This document shows, piece after piece, positions 8,840 through 16,574 of a stretch of DNA of 38,480 nucleotides (position 1 is the stretch's first letter; each line of letters starts with the position of its first letter). The DNA is taken from positions 1-38,480 of the IMG/VR virus record IMGVR_UViG_3300037424_002232. The stretch is one strand, 5' to 3'. The translations under genes and the position numbers were made by a program. Under the pieces are notes generated by a model. The model was given only the letters and a program-made list of their open reading frames with translations. It was not told where the DNA came from and did not search any database. The stretch comes from a virus. Taxonomy: Duplodnaviria; Caudoviricetes.

Positions 8840-9841
8840 TTGAATGAATTATCTCTCTTCACAGGAGCAGGAGGCGGCGTACTTGGAACAACACTCCTTG
8901 GATGGAAGCACCGGGGATATGTCGAATGGGACAGTTATTGTCAACGAGTCATCCGACAACGAATCCTCGACGGAATCCTTGACGAAGCCCCGATCTTCTG
9001 CGATGTCCGAGCATTCATCAGTGAAGGGTACGCCGCAAGTTATACGGGAATGGTTGATGTCATTACCGCAGGATTCCCCTGCCAACCATTCAGCGTCGCC
9101 GGAAAACGAAAAGGCGTTGACGACGAAAGAAACATGTGGCCAGCGACAGCAGACGTTATTCGGATTGTCCGGCCTCGATTCGTTCTGCTTGAAAACGTGC
9201 CCGGAATACGCGAGTACCTGCCCGTGGTCATCCGAGACCTGCGGCGACTTGGTTACTCCGTTCGCAGACCCCTCATCCTTGGGGCTGGAGATTGCGGGGC
9301 GCCGCACAAGCGAGACCGAATCTGGATTGTGGCTCGGGACACCGAGAGCAACGCAGGCGATCAGGTCGGAACGGTTTGGCAAGGGCAGGACTCCATCACC
9401 GGAAGAGTTTGTGCAACAGTTCCCGACGCCGAAGGCAACGGAACACAAGGGGGGATTTTCGAGCCACGGAGGAACGCCGAGTCTCGGGTGCATGGCGACA
9501 CACGGAATGTGGCCGACACCGAGAGCGGGGAAGACCACGGACGAGAACGAAGAAACATGGATGAAGCGGTACAACGAGGGCAAGGTGAGCACGCCGCCCT
9601 TGACTCTGGCCGTGAAGATGTGGCCCACTCCGACAGTGCAGGATGCGAAGAACAACGGGGCACCATCACAGATGGAACGCAACACGAAGCCCCTGAATGC
9701 CGAGGTTGGTGGATCGTTGAACCCGACGTGGGTAGAGTGGCTAATGGGGTGGCCTCTCGGGTGGACAGACTTAAAGCCATTGGCAATGGACAAGTTCCGC
9801 GAGTGGTTGCGGCAGCATGGGAGATTTTAGCGCGAAATTGA
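8840..9841 (+). CDS. C5 DNA cytosine methyltransferase, alpha-type chain (motifs I-VIII and X)
   Basis: LSLFTGAGG, GFPCQPFS, LLENV, HKRDRIWIVA, RLKAIGNGQVP. Confidence 0.9.
   Translation: MNELSLFTGAGGGVLGTTLLGWKHRGYVEWDSYCQRVIRQRILDGILDEAPIFCDVRAFISEGYAASYTGMVDVITAGFPCQPFSVAGKRKGVDDERNMWPATADVIRIVRPRFVLLENVPGIREYLPVVIRDLRRLGYSVRRPLILGAGDCGAPHKRDRIWIVARDTESNAGDQVGTVWQGQDSITGRVCATVPDAEGNGTQGGIFEPRRNAESRVHGDTRNVADTESGEDHGRERRNMDEAVQRGQGEHAALDSGREDVAHSDSAGCEEQRGTITDGTQHEAPECRGWWIVEPDVGRVANGVASRVDRLKAIGNGQVPRVVAAAWEILARN
8844..9830 (+). CDS. Overlapping +1-frame methyltransferase beta-type chain (motif IX)
   Basis: 328 open codons; (W/F)PTP repeats; LNPTWVEWLMGWPLGWT. Confidence 0.7.
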   Translation: MNYLSSQEQEAAYLEQHSLDGSTGDMSNGTVIVNESSDNESSTESLTKPRSSAMSEHSSVKGTPQVIREWLMSLPQDSPANHSASPENEKALTTKETCGQRQQTLFGLSGLDSFCLKTCPEYASTCPWSSETCGDLVTPFADPSSLGLEIAGRRTSETESGLWLGTPRATQAIRSERFGKGRTPSPEEFVQQFPTPKATEHKGGFSSHGGTPSLGCMATHGMWPTPRAGKTTDENEETWMKRYNEGKVSTPPLTLAVKMWPTPTVQDAKNNGAPSQMERNTKPLNAEVGGSLNPTWVEWLMGWPLGWTDLKPLAMDKFREWLRQHGRF

Positions 9842-9842
9842 T

Positions 9843-9902
9843 TTCTAACGCGCGGATGAGTCGCGCAGCGAAGCGGAGTCGATCTCGATCCGCTGGTTAG
9901 GC
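9843..9902 (-). other. attC-like integron recombination site 2
   Basis: Minus strand GCCTAAC-CAGCG-GAT(C)GAG(A)TCG...CGACTCATC-CGCGC-GTTAGAA; 60 bp with both canonical extrahelical bases. Confidence 0.8.
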
Positions 9903-9931
9903 TGCACGGGGAAACGGGAGGAGGTGACGGT

Positions 9932-10204
9932 ATGGGAATGAAAAACAAACTGATTGATCTGAACGATCATTTGTTCGCTCAGATGGAACGCCTATCGGAT
10001 GAATCGCTAACGGGCGAGAAGCTGAAGGAGGAGATCGACAGGGCAAAGGCCGTGGGAGGCATCGCCACGCATATCATCGGGAACGCGCAGCTTGCCCTGG
10101 ATGCACAGGTAGCGATCAATGATGGCCTTATTAAACGGCCGCCTGCAATGTTGGGGATCACACATGAGCACGACGAAGACAAAAAACCTAAAAAGGTACA
10201 CTGA
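9932..10204 (+). CDS. Conserved phage hypothetical protein
   Basis: [19 protein letters not shown]...EEIDRAKAV; GGAGGTG RBS; this type usually precedes an HNH gene. Confidence 0.75.
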   Translation: MGMKNKLIDLNDHLFAQMERLSDESLTGEKLKEEIDRAKAVGGIATHIIGNAQLALDAQVAINDGLIKRPPAMLGITHEHDEDKKPKKVH

Positions 10205-11000
10205 TAAGCAGCTTGAATTTCTGCGTGCCGGCTATGCGAGGATGCCGATTTGCAAACTCCTGCCGGCATTCAACAGGAAGTTCGGTTTATCCAAGACCGC
10301 CGATCAACTTCGGTCCACATTCAAGAACCATGGGATCACGTGCGGCCGAAAAGGCAAAGATCGGATTCATCCGGGCGCGCGATTGTATACACCTGCACAG
10401 GTGCGGTTTCTACGGTCCAATTATGCGGGTCGAAACGTGGAGAATCTGACCAAGCTTTTCAATCAGCGATTCAGGGCCAATAAGACGCGCGGACAGATCA
10501 AGACCTTTGTCCATAATCGCGGCATCACCTGCGGGCGCAGCGGCCACTTTGAAAAAGGCAACAGGCCATGGAACACTGGAACAAAAGGGCTGTGCAAGCG
10601 AAACTCCGGATGCTTTAACAAAGGAAACATGCCGGGAAACACCAGACTACTCGGCTCGGAAAGGATCTGCTCTAAGGACGGGTTTATTCTGATAAAGATA
10701 GCGGAGCGCAATCCGTATACCGGGGCACCCACACGATACAAGCACAAGCACGTTTTCTTATGGGAACAGGCGCATGGACCCGTGCCGGCTGGTAAGGTGG
10801 TGGCATTCAAAGACGCAGACCAGACGCACTGTGTTATCGAAAACCTGATGCTGATTTCGCGGGCGGTATTGCTTCGGCTCAACTGGAAACAATATAAAAA
10901 AATGCCGGCAGAGTTGAAGCCGAGCATATTAGCGTTGGCGAAGCTGGAAACAAAGACGGCTGCTCTGTCAAAAAGGTACGACGAAAAGGAGAATGGATAA
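10164..11000 (+). CDS. HNH-type endonuclease domain protein
   Basis: Two N-terminal helical repeats, [34 protein letters not shown]...ENL. Confidence 0.8.
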   Translation: MSTTKTKNLKRYTDKQLEFLRAGYARMPICKLLPAFNRKFGLSKTADQLRSTFKNHGITCGRKGKDRIHPGARLYTPAQVRFLRSNYAGRNVENLTKLFNQRFRANKTRGQIKTFVHNRGITCGRSGHFEKGNRPWNTGTKGLCKRNSGCFNKGNMPGNTRLLGSERICSKDGFILIKIAERNPYTGAPTRYKHKHVFLWEQAHGPVPAGKVVAFKDADQTHCVIENLMLISRAVLLRLNWKQYKKMPAELKPSILALAKLETKTAALSKRYDEKENG

Positions 11001-11543
11001 ATGGCAACCATGCAGGACATAGAAAAACAGACACGGGAATTCGCCAAGGCGAAGCGCGAGCTCAACGACATCATGGCGGAGATCGCCACGGAGACGGAGG
11101 TGCTCAAGAAAAAGTACCTCCCGCGGATCCGCTCGGTGATGAATCAGGTTACGGCGCGGCACGGGGACCTCTATCGGGAGATCGCGGAGAACCCGGCGCT
11201 CTTCGATAAGCCCCGGACGCAGACCTTCGACGGCGTGCGGGTCGGCCTCAGCAAGGGCAAGGGCACGCTCCAGATCGAGGACCCGGAGCTCACGATCAAG
11301 CTCATCAGGAAGCACCTGGCCGAGCAGGCGGATATCCTGATCAGGAGCTTCGAGGAGCCGGCAAAGGCCGCGATCAAGAAGCTCGATGAAGCGCTCATGA
11401 AAAAGATCGGCTGCTCCATCGAGGGCAAGGAGGACCGGGTCCTCATCGAGGAAACGGATACGCAGATCAATAAGATCCTCGGTTCGCTGCTCAAATTCCA
11501 GGTCGAGGAGCTTTCCGAGGAGTACCGGGAGGAGGCGGCATGA
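11001..11543 (+). CDS. gam: Gam-like host-nuclease inhibitor
   Basis: ENPALFDKPRTQTFDGVRVGLSKGKG...EEPAKAAIK; early-region position. Confidence 0.75.
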   Translation: MATMQDIEKQTREFAKAKRELNDIMAEIATETEVLKKKYLPRIRSVMNQVTARHGDLYREIAENPALFDKPRTQTFDGVRVGLSKGKGTLQIEDPELTIKLIRKHLAEQADILIRSFEEPAKAAIKKLDEALMKKIGCSIEGKEDRVLIEETDTQINKILGSLLKFQVEELSEEYREEAA

Positions 11544-11764
11544 AACTGACGAGCGACCATAAAAAGGCAATGGCCAGCGTGAAGAACGGCGGTGATGTCT
11601 TCTCATACGAGACGGGCCGCCTGCTTCGGCAGGTCGAGGAGTGCCATCCCGAACTGATAACGATCGGACCGGCAAGGAGCGACATTCCGGGCGAACAGCA
11701 GCAGCCGTACTTTGGGGCCAGATTGACCGCGGCCGGCTGCAGGGCGATCCAGGAGGCCGCATAA
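11540..11764 (+). CDS. Hypothetical protein
   Basis: GGAGG RBS; ATGA overlap. Confidence 0.65.
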   Translation: MKLTSDHKKAMASVKNGGDVFSYETGRLLRQVEECHPELITIGPARSDIPGEQQQPYFGARLTAAGCRAIQEAA

Positions 11765-11943
11765 TGAGCAACGGCAAAGTAGTCACCATGGACGAAGCCA
11801 GGGCCGAGCAATGCCACAACGCGATAGCGGCAGTGCTCGAAAAATATCAGTGTAACCTGGTGACGGAGCAGCGCGTCATCAACGGGATCTGCATGGAGAC
11901 CCGGATCTATTCCGTACCGAGGAAACCGAAACTGCAGCAGTAA
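11764..11943 (+). CDS. Hypothetical protein
   Basis: TAATG coupling; AGGAGG RBS; MSNGKVVTMDEARAEQC... Confidence 0.6.
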   Translation: MSNGKVVTMDEARAEQCHNAIAAVLEKYQCNLVTEQRVINGICMETRIYSVPRKPKLQQ

Positions 11944-11956
11944 AGGAGGCGGCATC

Positions 11957-12148
11957 ATGAAAATGGGAGACGTTAATAAGGTCCAGGATGCGGGATTCCG
12001 AGTGTTTAAGGTGGAATATCAGAAACACCGAATCATGGAGAACTCCGGCCATGGTTCCTGGAAGATGTACAGCACATACGGCTCCATGGCCGCCACGCAA
12101 CGCGCCTGGAAGAAACTCATGGAAGACCCGAAGAACATCGGGGATTGA
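11957..12148 (+). CDS. Hypothetical protein
   Basis: AAGGAGG RBS. Confidence 0.65.
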   Translation: MKMGDVNKVQDAGFRVFKVEYQKHRIMENSGHGSWKMYSTYGSMAATQRAWKKLMEDPKNIGD

Positions 12149-12152
12149 GGGC

Positions 12153-12674
12153 ATGACCTTCGACATCGACAAGACGCCGGAGACCCAGGCGGAGATAGAT
12201 CAGGTCCGCGAAATTCTATGGGCTCAGGCCTGGGAAGTGATGTCCTGCAAAACAAGGGTCACCTGCCCTTGCGGTTTTAAGACGACAATGAACTATGCCT
12301 ACAGGTGCTTTTACTGCGGCGTTTATTTCTGCCGGAAGTGCGCTGAAAGGCATTTTAAAAAGGAGGTGAAACAGATGGACGAACCGATAGATCGTAAATT
12401 CACGTTCTGCGCCACGTGCACAGAACATAGCCACGAGCACAGCCATATGGACGCGATGGTATTCCTGGCGAAGGATAAGGCGCTGCCGGCGACGCTGAAT
12501 TACTACAAGGTCGCATGTGAGGCACGCGGGGCGAAGCCGGAACAGATCAAGGGCATCGAACTGTTGATCCAGCGGGTGTTGCGATACCAGGAGGGGCATC
12601 CGGAGCTGATCAAAGTCGCGGATGTGGATATCCCGGATGTGGCGGGGATACTGGATGAGAACGAAAAGCTTTGA
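12153..12674 (+). CDS. Zinc-finger-containing hypothetical protein, apparent fusion with an internal start at 12375
   Basis: CPC...CFYC..FCRKC...H N-terminal half; in-frame AAGGAGGTG-N6-ATG at 12375. Confidence 0.6.
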   Translation: MTFDIDKTPETQAEIDQVREILWAQAWEVMSCKTRVTCPCGFKTTMNYAYRCFYCGVYFCRKCAERHFKKEVKQMDEPIDRKFTFCATCTEHSHEHSHMDAMVFLAKDKALPATLNYYKVACEARGAKPEQIKGIELLIQRVLRYQEGHPELIKVADVDIPDVAGILDENEKL

Positions 12675-12724
12675 ACCGCGGAGACGCAGAGGCGCGGAGA
12701 AATTTAAAATCGATAGGAGGTCAC

Positions 12725-12955
12725 ATGCACTACAAAAATGGCAGAGAAGCAAAGAACGGGGACAAGGTTATTTTGATTCCCACGTATGGCCCACCGGTCG
12801 CGGGGATCCTCTACGATGCCACGCCGGGCAACGATCACTGCAACGGAAGGATCGCCATCACATCCGCGAATGACCCGTGCCCGAATCTTAAGGAGTGCCT
12901 GCATGCTGATGATGTCAAGGCGGCAGACGTACCGGACATAACAAAGACGGTCTAA
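12725..12955 (+). CDS. Conserved phage hypothetical protein
   Basis: MHYKNGREAKNGDKV...PGNDHCNG...CLHADD; AGGAGGT RBS. Confidence 0.7.
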   Translation: MHYKNGREAKNGDKVILIPTYGPPVAGILYDATPGNDHCNGRIAITSANDPCPNLKECLHADDVKAADVPDITKTV

Positions 12956-12956
12956 A

Positions 12957-13064
12957 GGCCGAAACGGGCGCGCATGGGAATGCTCAAATACTGATAGAGC
13001 GGCGTTTAAACGCCTTGTGAACCATGCAGCCCGTTGATCCGTCACGCGGATCCTGATGATGGCC
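12957..13064 (+). ncRNA. Hammerhead ribozyme, type II
   Basis: GGCC-GAAA-CGGGC...GCCCG-UU-GAUCCG(UCACG)CGGAUC-CUGAUGA-U-GGCC; all three stems and core present. Confidence 0.8.
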
Positions 13065-13256
13065 ATGATTAAAAAAGATGCGCTGGGACGATGTTCATAT
13101 GTCTGGGGAAAATGCACGGAAGCCGAGTGCTGTCGCTATTGCAGCGTTCCAATGTATTGCGACATGGTCTGCTTCAGTTGCCCGCTGGGGTACGATCCGC
13201 TTACCATCGTTCCCGAAAAACCGCTAAGGCTGATAAGCGATGAACGAACAGACTAA
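13065..13256 (+). CDS. Small Cys-rich hypothetical protein
   Basis: Eight Cys in ~63 aa; start 13056, 13059 or 13065 uncertain. Confidence 0.5.
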   Translation: MIKKDALGRCSYVWGKCTEAECCRYCSVPMYCDMVCFSCPLGYDPLTIVPEKPLRLISDERTD

Positions 13257-13632
13257 AATAGATTTCACCGATCGGAAGGCGCCGATCTTGACCGATGAAG
13301 AACGGCGGGTGTGGCTGCATCTCGAGTTCCGGCGCGGCAAAAAAGAGGCAATCCTCGGGCCGGTGCTCTCGAGGATCACCGAGATCGATTACGACACCGT
13401 CCGGGCGATCATCTCGCATCTCGTGAACTTCCACGGCTACCTGATCGCCTCTTGCTCGCGCGGGTACTACGTGCCGGTGACGCCCGAGGAGATCGCCGCC
13501 GCGACCAGATCGCTCAGACATCGGGGGATCATGATCCTGAGGCGGGCGGCCAGGCTGCAGAACAGCAGCCTGGAGGATGTGTTCGGTCAGGGCGTACTCG
13601 AGTACCGCAAGGAGGGCAACGATGCCGCGTAA
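13240..13632 (+). CDS. Winged-helix-like phage protein
   Basis: RRGKKEAILG..L...YDTVRAIISHL...GYLIASCSRGYY. Confidence 0.65.
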   Translation: MNEQTKIDFTDRKAPILTDEERRVWLHLEFRRGKKEAILGPVLSRITEIDYDTVRAIISHLVNFHGYLIASCSRGYYVPVTPEEIAAATRSLRHRGIMILRRAARLQNSSLEDVFGQGVLEYRKEGNDAA

Positions 13633-14086
13633 GAAAATCCTCATCACGGACAAAAAGAAGTACCTCGACTTTGTCTACCTCGCGGAGGAGGAGTATGCAC
13701 TGCTCTGCGCGCTGATCGGAAAGGAAGAGACTGATCATTGGATGGAGGAGCTGAACGGGGCGCTCGGACAGCATGGCTACAAATACGAGAGCCACTACTG
13801 GACGATCAGGAACTGGGCGAGGAAAAAATCAATGCGGAATGCGGAGTGCGGAATGCGGAGTAAAGGCAAGGGTGATGCAGAACGGGCGGCGGAGATCGTG
13901 ATAGAGGCGCTGAAGGACCCGCGCTATCGCAGTATGCCGGAGTTCACGAACAGCGCGCACCAGGCGGCGTATACGGCGCTGGCCAGGATGGGGCTCTCCT
14001 GGCCGGAGCTGAAGCGGCGGATCGGCGTCGAAGGGCCGGAACCGCTGGACGAATTTAAGGCGCAGTTTTTGAAAGGATATAAGTAA
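13622..14086 (+). CDS. Hypothetical protein
   Basis: AAGGAGG RBS; YKYESHYWTIRNW motif resembles phage replication-protein C-termini. Confidence 0.6.
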   Translation: MPRKKILITDKKKYLDFVYLAEEEYALLCALIGKEETDHWMEELNGALGQHGYKYESHYWTIRNWARKKSMRNAECGMRSKGKGDAERAAEIVIEALKDPRYRSMPEFTNSAHQAAYTALARMGLSWPELKRRIGVEGPEPLDEFKAQFLKGYK

Positions 14087-14178
14087 ACCACAGCCCGCCA
14101 CTAAGACACAAAGACACGAAGAATTGCCTTGCTTTTCTTAGAGCCTTAGTGTCTTCGTGGCAAGATTGGGAGTGCGGA

Positions 14179-14469
14179 ATGAGTATCACAGACGGGATCA
14201 TGGCCGCTCTTTTTGTTGGAACAGCATCTTATTGGATAACCGCCTCGGTGAAGCTTTTCAAAAACACTCGAAGGGCGAGGGTGAAACGGGACCCCGAGAG
14301 CGCGGAGATCTGGCGCCGCCTCGAGGCGGCGCAGACAAGGGCTTGTTGTAAAGCCGTGAGGATGGCCCGAGACGAATGGGACATAGCCTGGCTGGATGTA
14401 TCGTTCGAGAAGCGAACGGTGCAGCGGGTGCAACTTAATTACTGTCCGGAGTGCGGGAAGAAATTATAA
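14179..14469 (+). CDS. Hypothetical protein with TM helix and C-terminal NYCPECGKKL zinc knuckle
   Basis: Sequence motifs. Confidence 0.6.
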   Translation: MSITDGIMAALFVGTASYWITASVKLFKNTRRARVKRDPESAEIWRRLEAAQTRACCKAVRMARDEWDIAWLDVSFEKRTVQRVQLNYCPECGKKL

Positions 14470-14617
14470 AACCACAGACGCCACACCCTGCACTCGCGCG
14501 AGGCACTCGTAAGCGCTGGGTGCAGGCAAAGACACCAAGACACAAAGAACTGCCTCGCTTTTCTTGGAGCCTTCGTGCCTTCGTGGCAGGACCTTGGTTT
14601 GGAGTCGGAGGGACACG

Positions 14618-15010
14618 GTGAGCAAAAACAGCATATCGGAACGGCAGCAGGTGCGGGAGAAGCTGGACTGGATCCTCGACATGAAGCGTAAGGACGTTGA
14701 CGCCATCATGCGGACGGAGCTGAACCGGGAAGACCCCTCGATGAAGATGGTCTATGAAGACCTTGGGGTCGAATACTGCATCGGTCTCTGGCGGACGATG
14801 AAAAGCATGCAGCTCTACATCAGCGAGACGCGGCTGAACAATTTGCGCCGGCTGTATGTCCGGCAGAATTTCAATGTCACGAACCCGCTGGGGAGCGCGA
14901 AGGAGCTGGCGGTGCGGCTGGGCGTGTCGGAGAAGTTTATCTATGAAGCGCTCAGTGATGAATCGAAAAGCGATCCACGACAGATCGATGCTTTTGAGGA
15001 AAAACGATGA
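14618..15010 (+). CDS. mor: Mor/C-family transcription activator
   Basis: LGVEYCIGLW...QLYIS...FN...SAKELAVRLGVSEKFIYEAL; end of early region; GGAGG RBS before GTG. Confidence 0.75.
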   Translation: MSKNSISERQQVREKLDWILDMKRKDVDAIMRTELNREDPSMKMVYEDLGVEYCIGLWRTMKSMQLYISETRLNNLRRLYVRQNFNVTNPLGSAKELAVRLGVSEKFIYEALSDESKSDPRQIDAFEEKR

Positions 15011-15018
15011 TAAAGCAG

Positions 15019-15048
15019 TTGACGGCCCCGAGGACGCTGTGCTATATT
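15019..15048 (+). promoter_or_regulatory. sigma70 promoter of the C4-like operon
   Basis: TTGACG, 18 bp spacer, TGcTATATT (extended -10). Confidence 0.7.
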
Positions 15049-15134
15049 AAAAGCGTCGAAACAAACGTAGGGGGCTGTCCTGTGTCTTCGCGTCACGGAT
15101 GCGGAGAGGAGGGTGGTCTCTATTCAGGTGCGAC

Positions 15135-15207
15135 AGCGCACCGAGTGTCCTTGCATCGTAAGGTGCAGGGCAGTTCCCCTACGAACTGCGACAACGCTCG
15201 GTGCGCT
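15135..15207 (+). ncRNA. C4-type antisense RNA
   Basis: 14 bp closing stem, GUAA-capped hairpin, CCCUAC-loop hairpin and CGAC linker, complementary to sites at 15055-15080 and 15225-15249. Confidence 0.75.
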
Positions 15208-15249
15208 TTTTTTGTGTCCGCGCGTGTCGAAAACGTAGGGAGGGCTGTC

Positions 15250-15477
15250 ATGTCTACATTATGGTATCTGCCACAAGACCGCCGCGATGCGGCGGACTGC
15301 ATCGAGAACACCGCAACCGTCATTTCCTTCATTGCCGAGAGCATCGCCTTTTCCAACGAAAAAGAATACCACCTATCCGAGATCAGCTCCGCAGGGCTCT
15401 GCAACATTCTCAGGCTCATCGAGGGCGTGCTCGAAGACTGCAATGAAAAGCTATTGAAGGAGGTGCATCATGGGTAA
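15250..15477 (+). CDS. Small protein under C4-like control
   Basis: ATG directly after the downstream target site, which contains the GGAGG RBS. Confidence 0.65.
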   Translation: MSTLWYLPQDRRDAADCIENTATVISFIAESIAFSNEKEYHLSEISSAGLCNILRLIEGVLEDCNEKLLKEVHHG

Positions 15478-15979
15478 TCCGGATATTTTAAAAGCAGGTG
15501 GAAAAGGCAGGGGCCGCAGTGAATTAATAGCAGCGCTCAAGGGTAAAAAGATGTCTCGGGGCCAGGCGATTAAGGCGAAGTGCTACGAATGCATGCTGGG
15601 TTACGCTGACGGAACGATGGATTGTATGGTTCCGCATTGTCCGCTCTATTATTATATGCCCTATCGGGACAAAAACGCTGCGCGTATACCTATCGTCGGC
15701 AAGCACCATATCGTCCATGGCGGAAAGCTTGCAAAAGGGCAAATGGAATTACGGACACATGTTCTCGAAGGATATAATCTACAGCCAGCCGAGGCCGTGC
15801 TGGCCAAGTGTTATGATTGCATGGGTGGTTACGTCGACGGGAAGTGCGACTGCGCCATCAACGATTGTCCGCTGTATCCATGGATGCAGTACAAGGACAT
15901 CATCTATCCGCATGAAGGTGCGGCGGAGGAACTGGATCCCGGATCAAGCCCGCCCACCCTCACCCCGCCCTCTCCCTGA
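15470..15979 (+). CDS. Protein with a tandemly duplicated Cys4 domain
   Basis: Two copies of AKCY(E/D)CM-GY-DG--DC----CPLY; AAGGAGGT RBS. Confidence 0.75.
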   Translation: MGNPDILKAGGKGRGRSELIAALKGKKMSRGQAIKAKCYECMLGYADGTMDCMVPHCPLYYYMPYRDKNAARIPIVGKHHIVHGGKLAKGQMELRTHVLEGYNLQPAEAVLAKCYDCMGGYVDGKCDCAINDCPLYPWMQYKDIIYPHEGAAEELDPGSSPPTLTPPSP

Positions 15980-15998
15980 AGGCGAGGGAGTAAATGAC

Positions 15999-16034
15999 AA
16001 AGCCCCTTCTCAAAGCATCGAGAAGGGGCTTTTT
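15999..16034. terminator. Probable bidirectional intrinsic terminator
   Basis: 13 bp stem AAAGCCCCTTCTC/GAGAAGGGGCTTT with T tail, between convergent genes. Confidence 0.75.
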
Positions 16035-16461
16035 ATTGCCTCTTAAAGAGGTATTCCATGAGCTTTAATTTGATCTCGCCGATGTCTCTGGCGGTGAGGG
16101 TGCGGACGGGGCGGGCGGGGATGCCGCGTTTGGTGCCGAGTTCGTTATACACGGCGATCAGGTAGTTGCTGCCCACCCTGGCGGCATGCGGGGCAAAGGC
16201 GGACACCCAGGAGTTGTGGGTCTTGCCGCTGACGTGAAGCAGTTTCCCCGGCCAGTGGCCCTTCTTCTCCCGCGCACGGATCGTCGCGGGCGCGAGCGCG
16301 GGCCAGCGGGGGCGGCCTTCCATCTCGAAAGTGTTCTCCACGGCATGGTGCATGATCCCGGCGATCTCTTTCATCACCGGGGTCATGTCGTCGAGCTTCG
16401 CCTCGAGTTGATGGAGGAGCTGGCGGACTTCCTGGTCTATGATTCTGATGGATTCAGTCAT
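16033..16461 (-). CDS. Mu gpG-like virion morphogenesis protein
   Basis: FEMEGRPRWPALAPAT...VGSN...GT..GIPARP. Confidence 0.85.
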   Translation of the reverse strand: MTESIRIIDQEVRQLLHQLEAKLDDMTPVMKEIAGIMHHAVENTFEMEGRPRWPALAPATIRAREKKGHWPGKLLHVSGKTHNSWVSAFAPHAARVGSNYLIAVYNELGTKRGIPARPVRTLTARDIGEIKLKLMEYLFKRQ

Positions 16462-16574
16462 GATAAAACCACACCGAAAAGCGAAATCATTTATCCGCAG
16501 ATTACACAGATTACACAGATTAAAGATTTAAACTCGGGTTTTAAAAATCTGCGTCAATCGGCGAAATCTGCGGA

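Noticed and set aside
8849-9793. 314 aa antisense ORF as the true cassette gene
   Set aside because: It matches attC polarity but has no recognisable motifs and is probably a shadow of two constrained plus-strand frames; not fully excluded
12991-12999. Second hammerhead core (CTGATAGAG)
   Set aside because: Spacing is wrong for CUGANGA and there is no matching GAAA or stem set; treated as a loop in the stem III extension
15007-15249. N-terminal 81 codons of the 156 aa ORF
   Set aside because: They overlap the promoter and structured RNA; the RBS supports a start at 15250, although an Ash-like read-through product cannot be excluded
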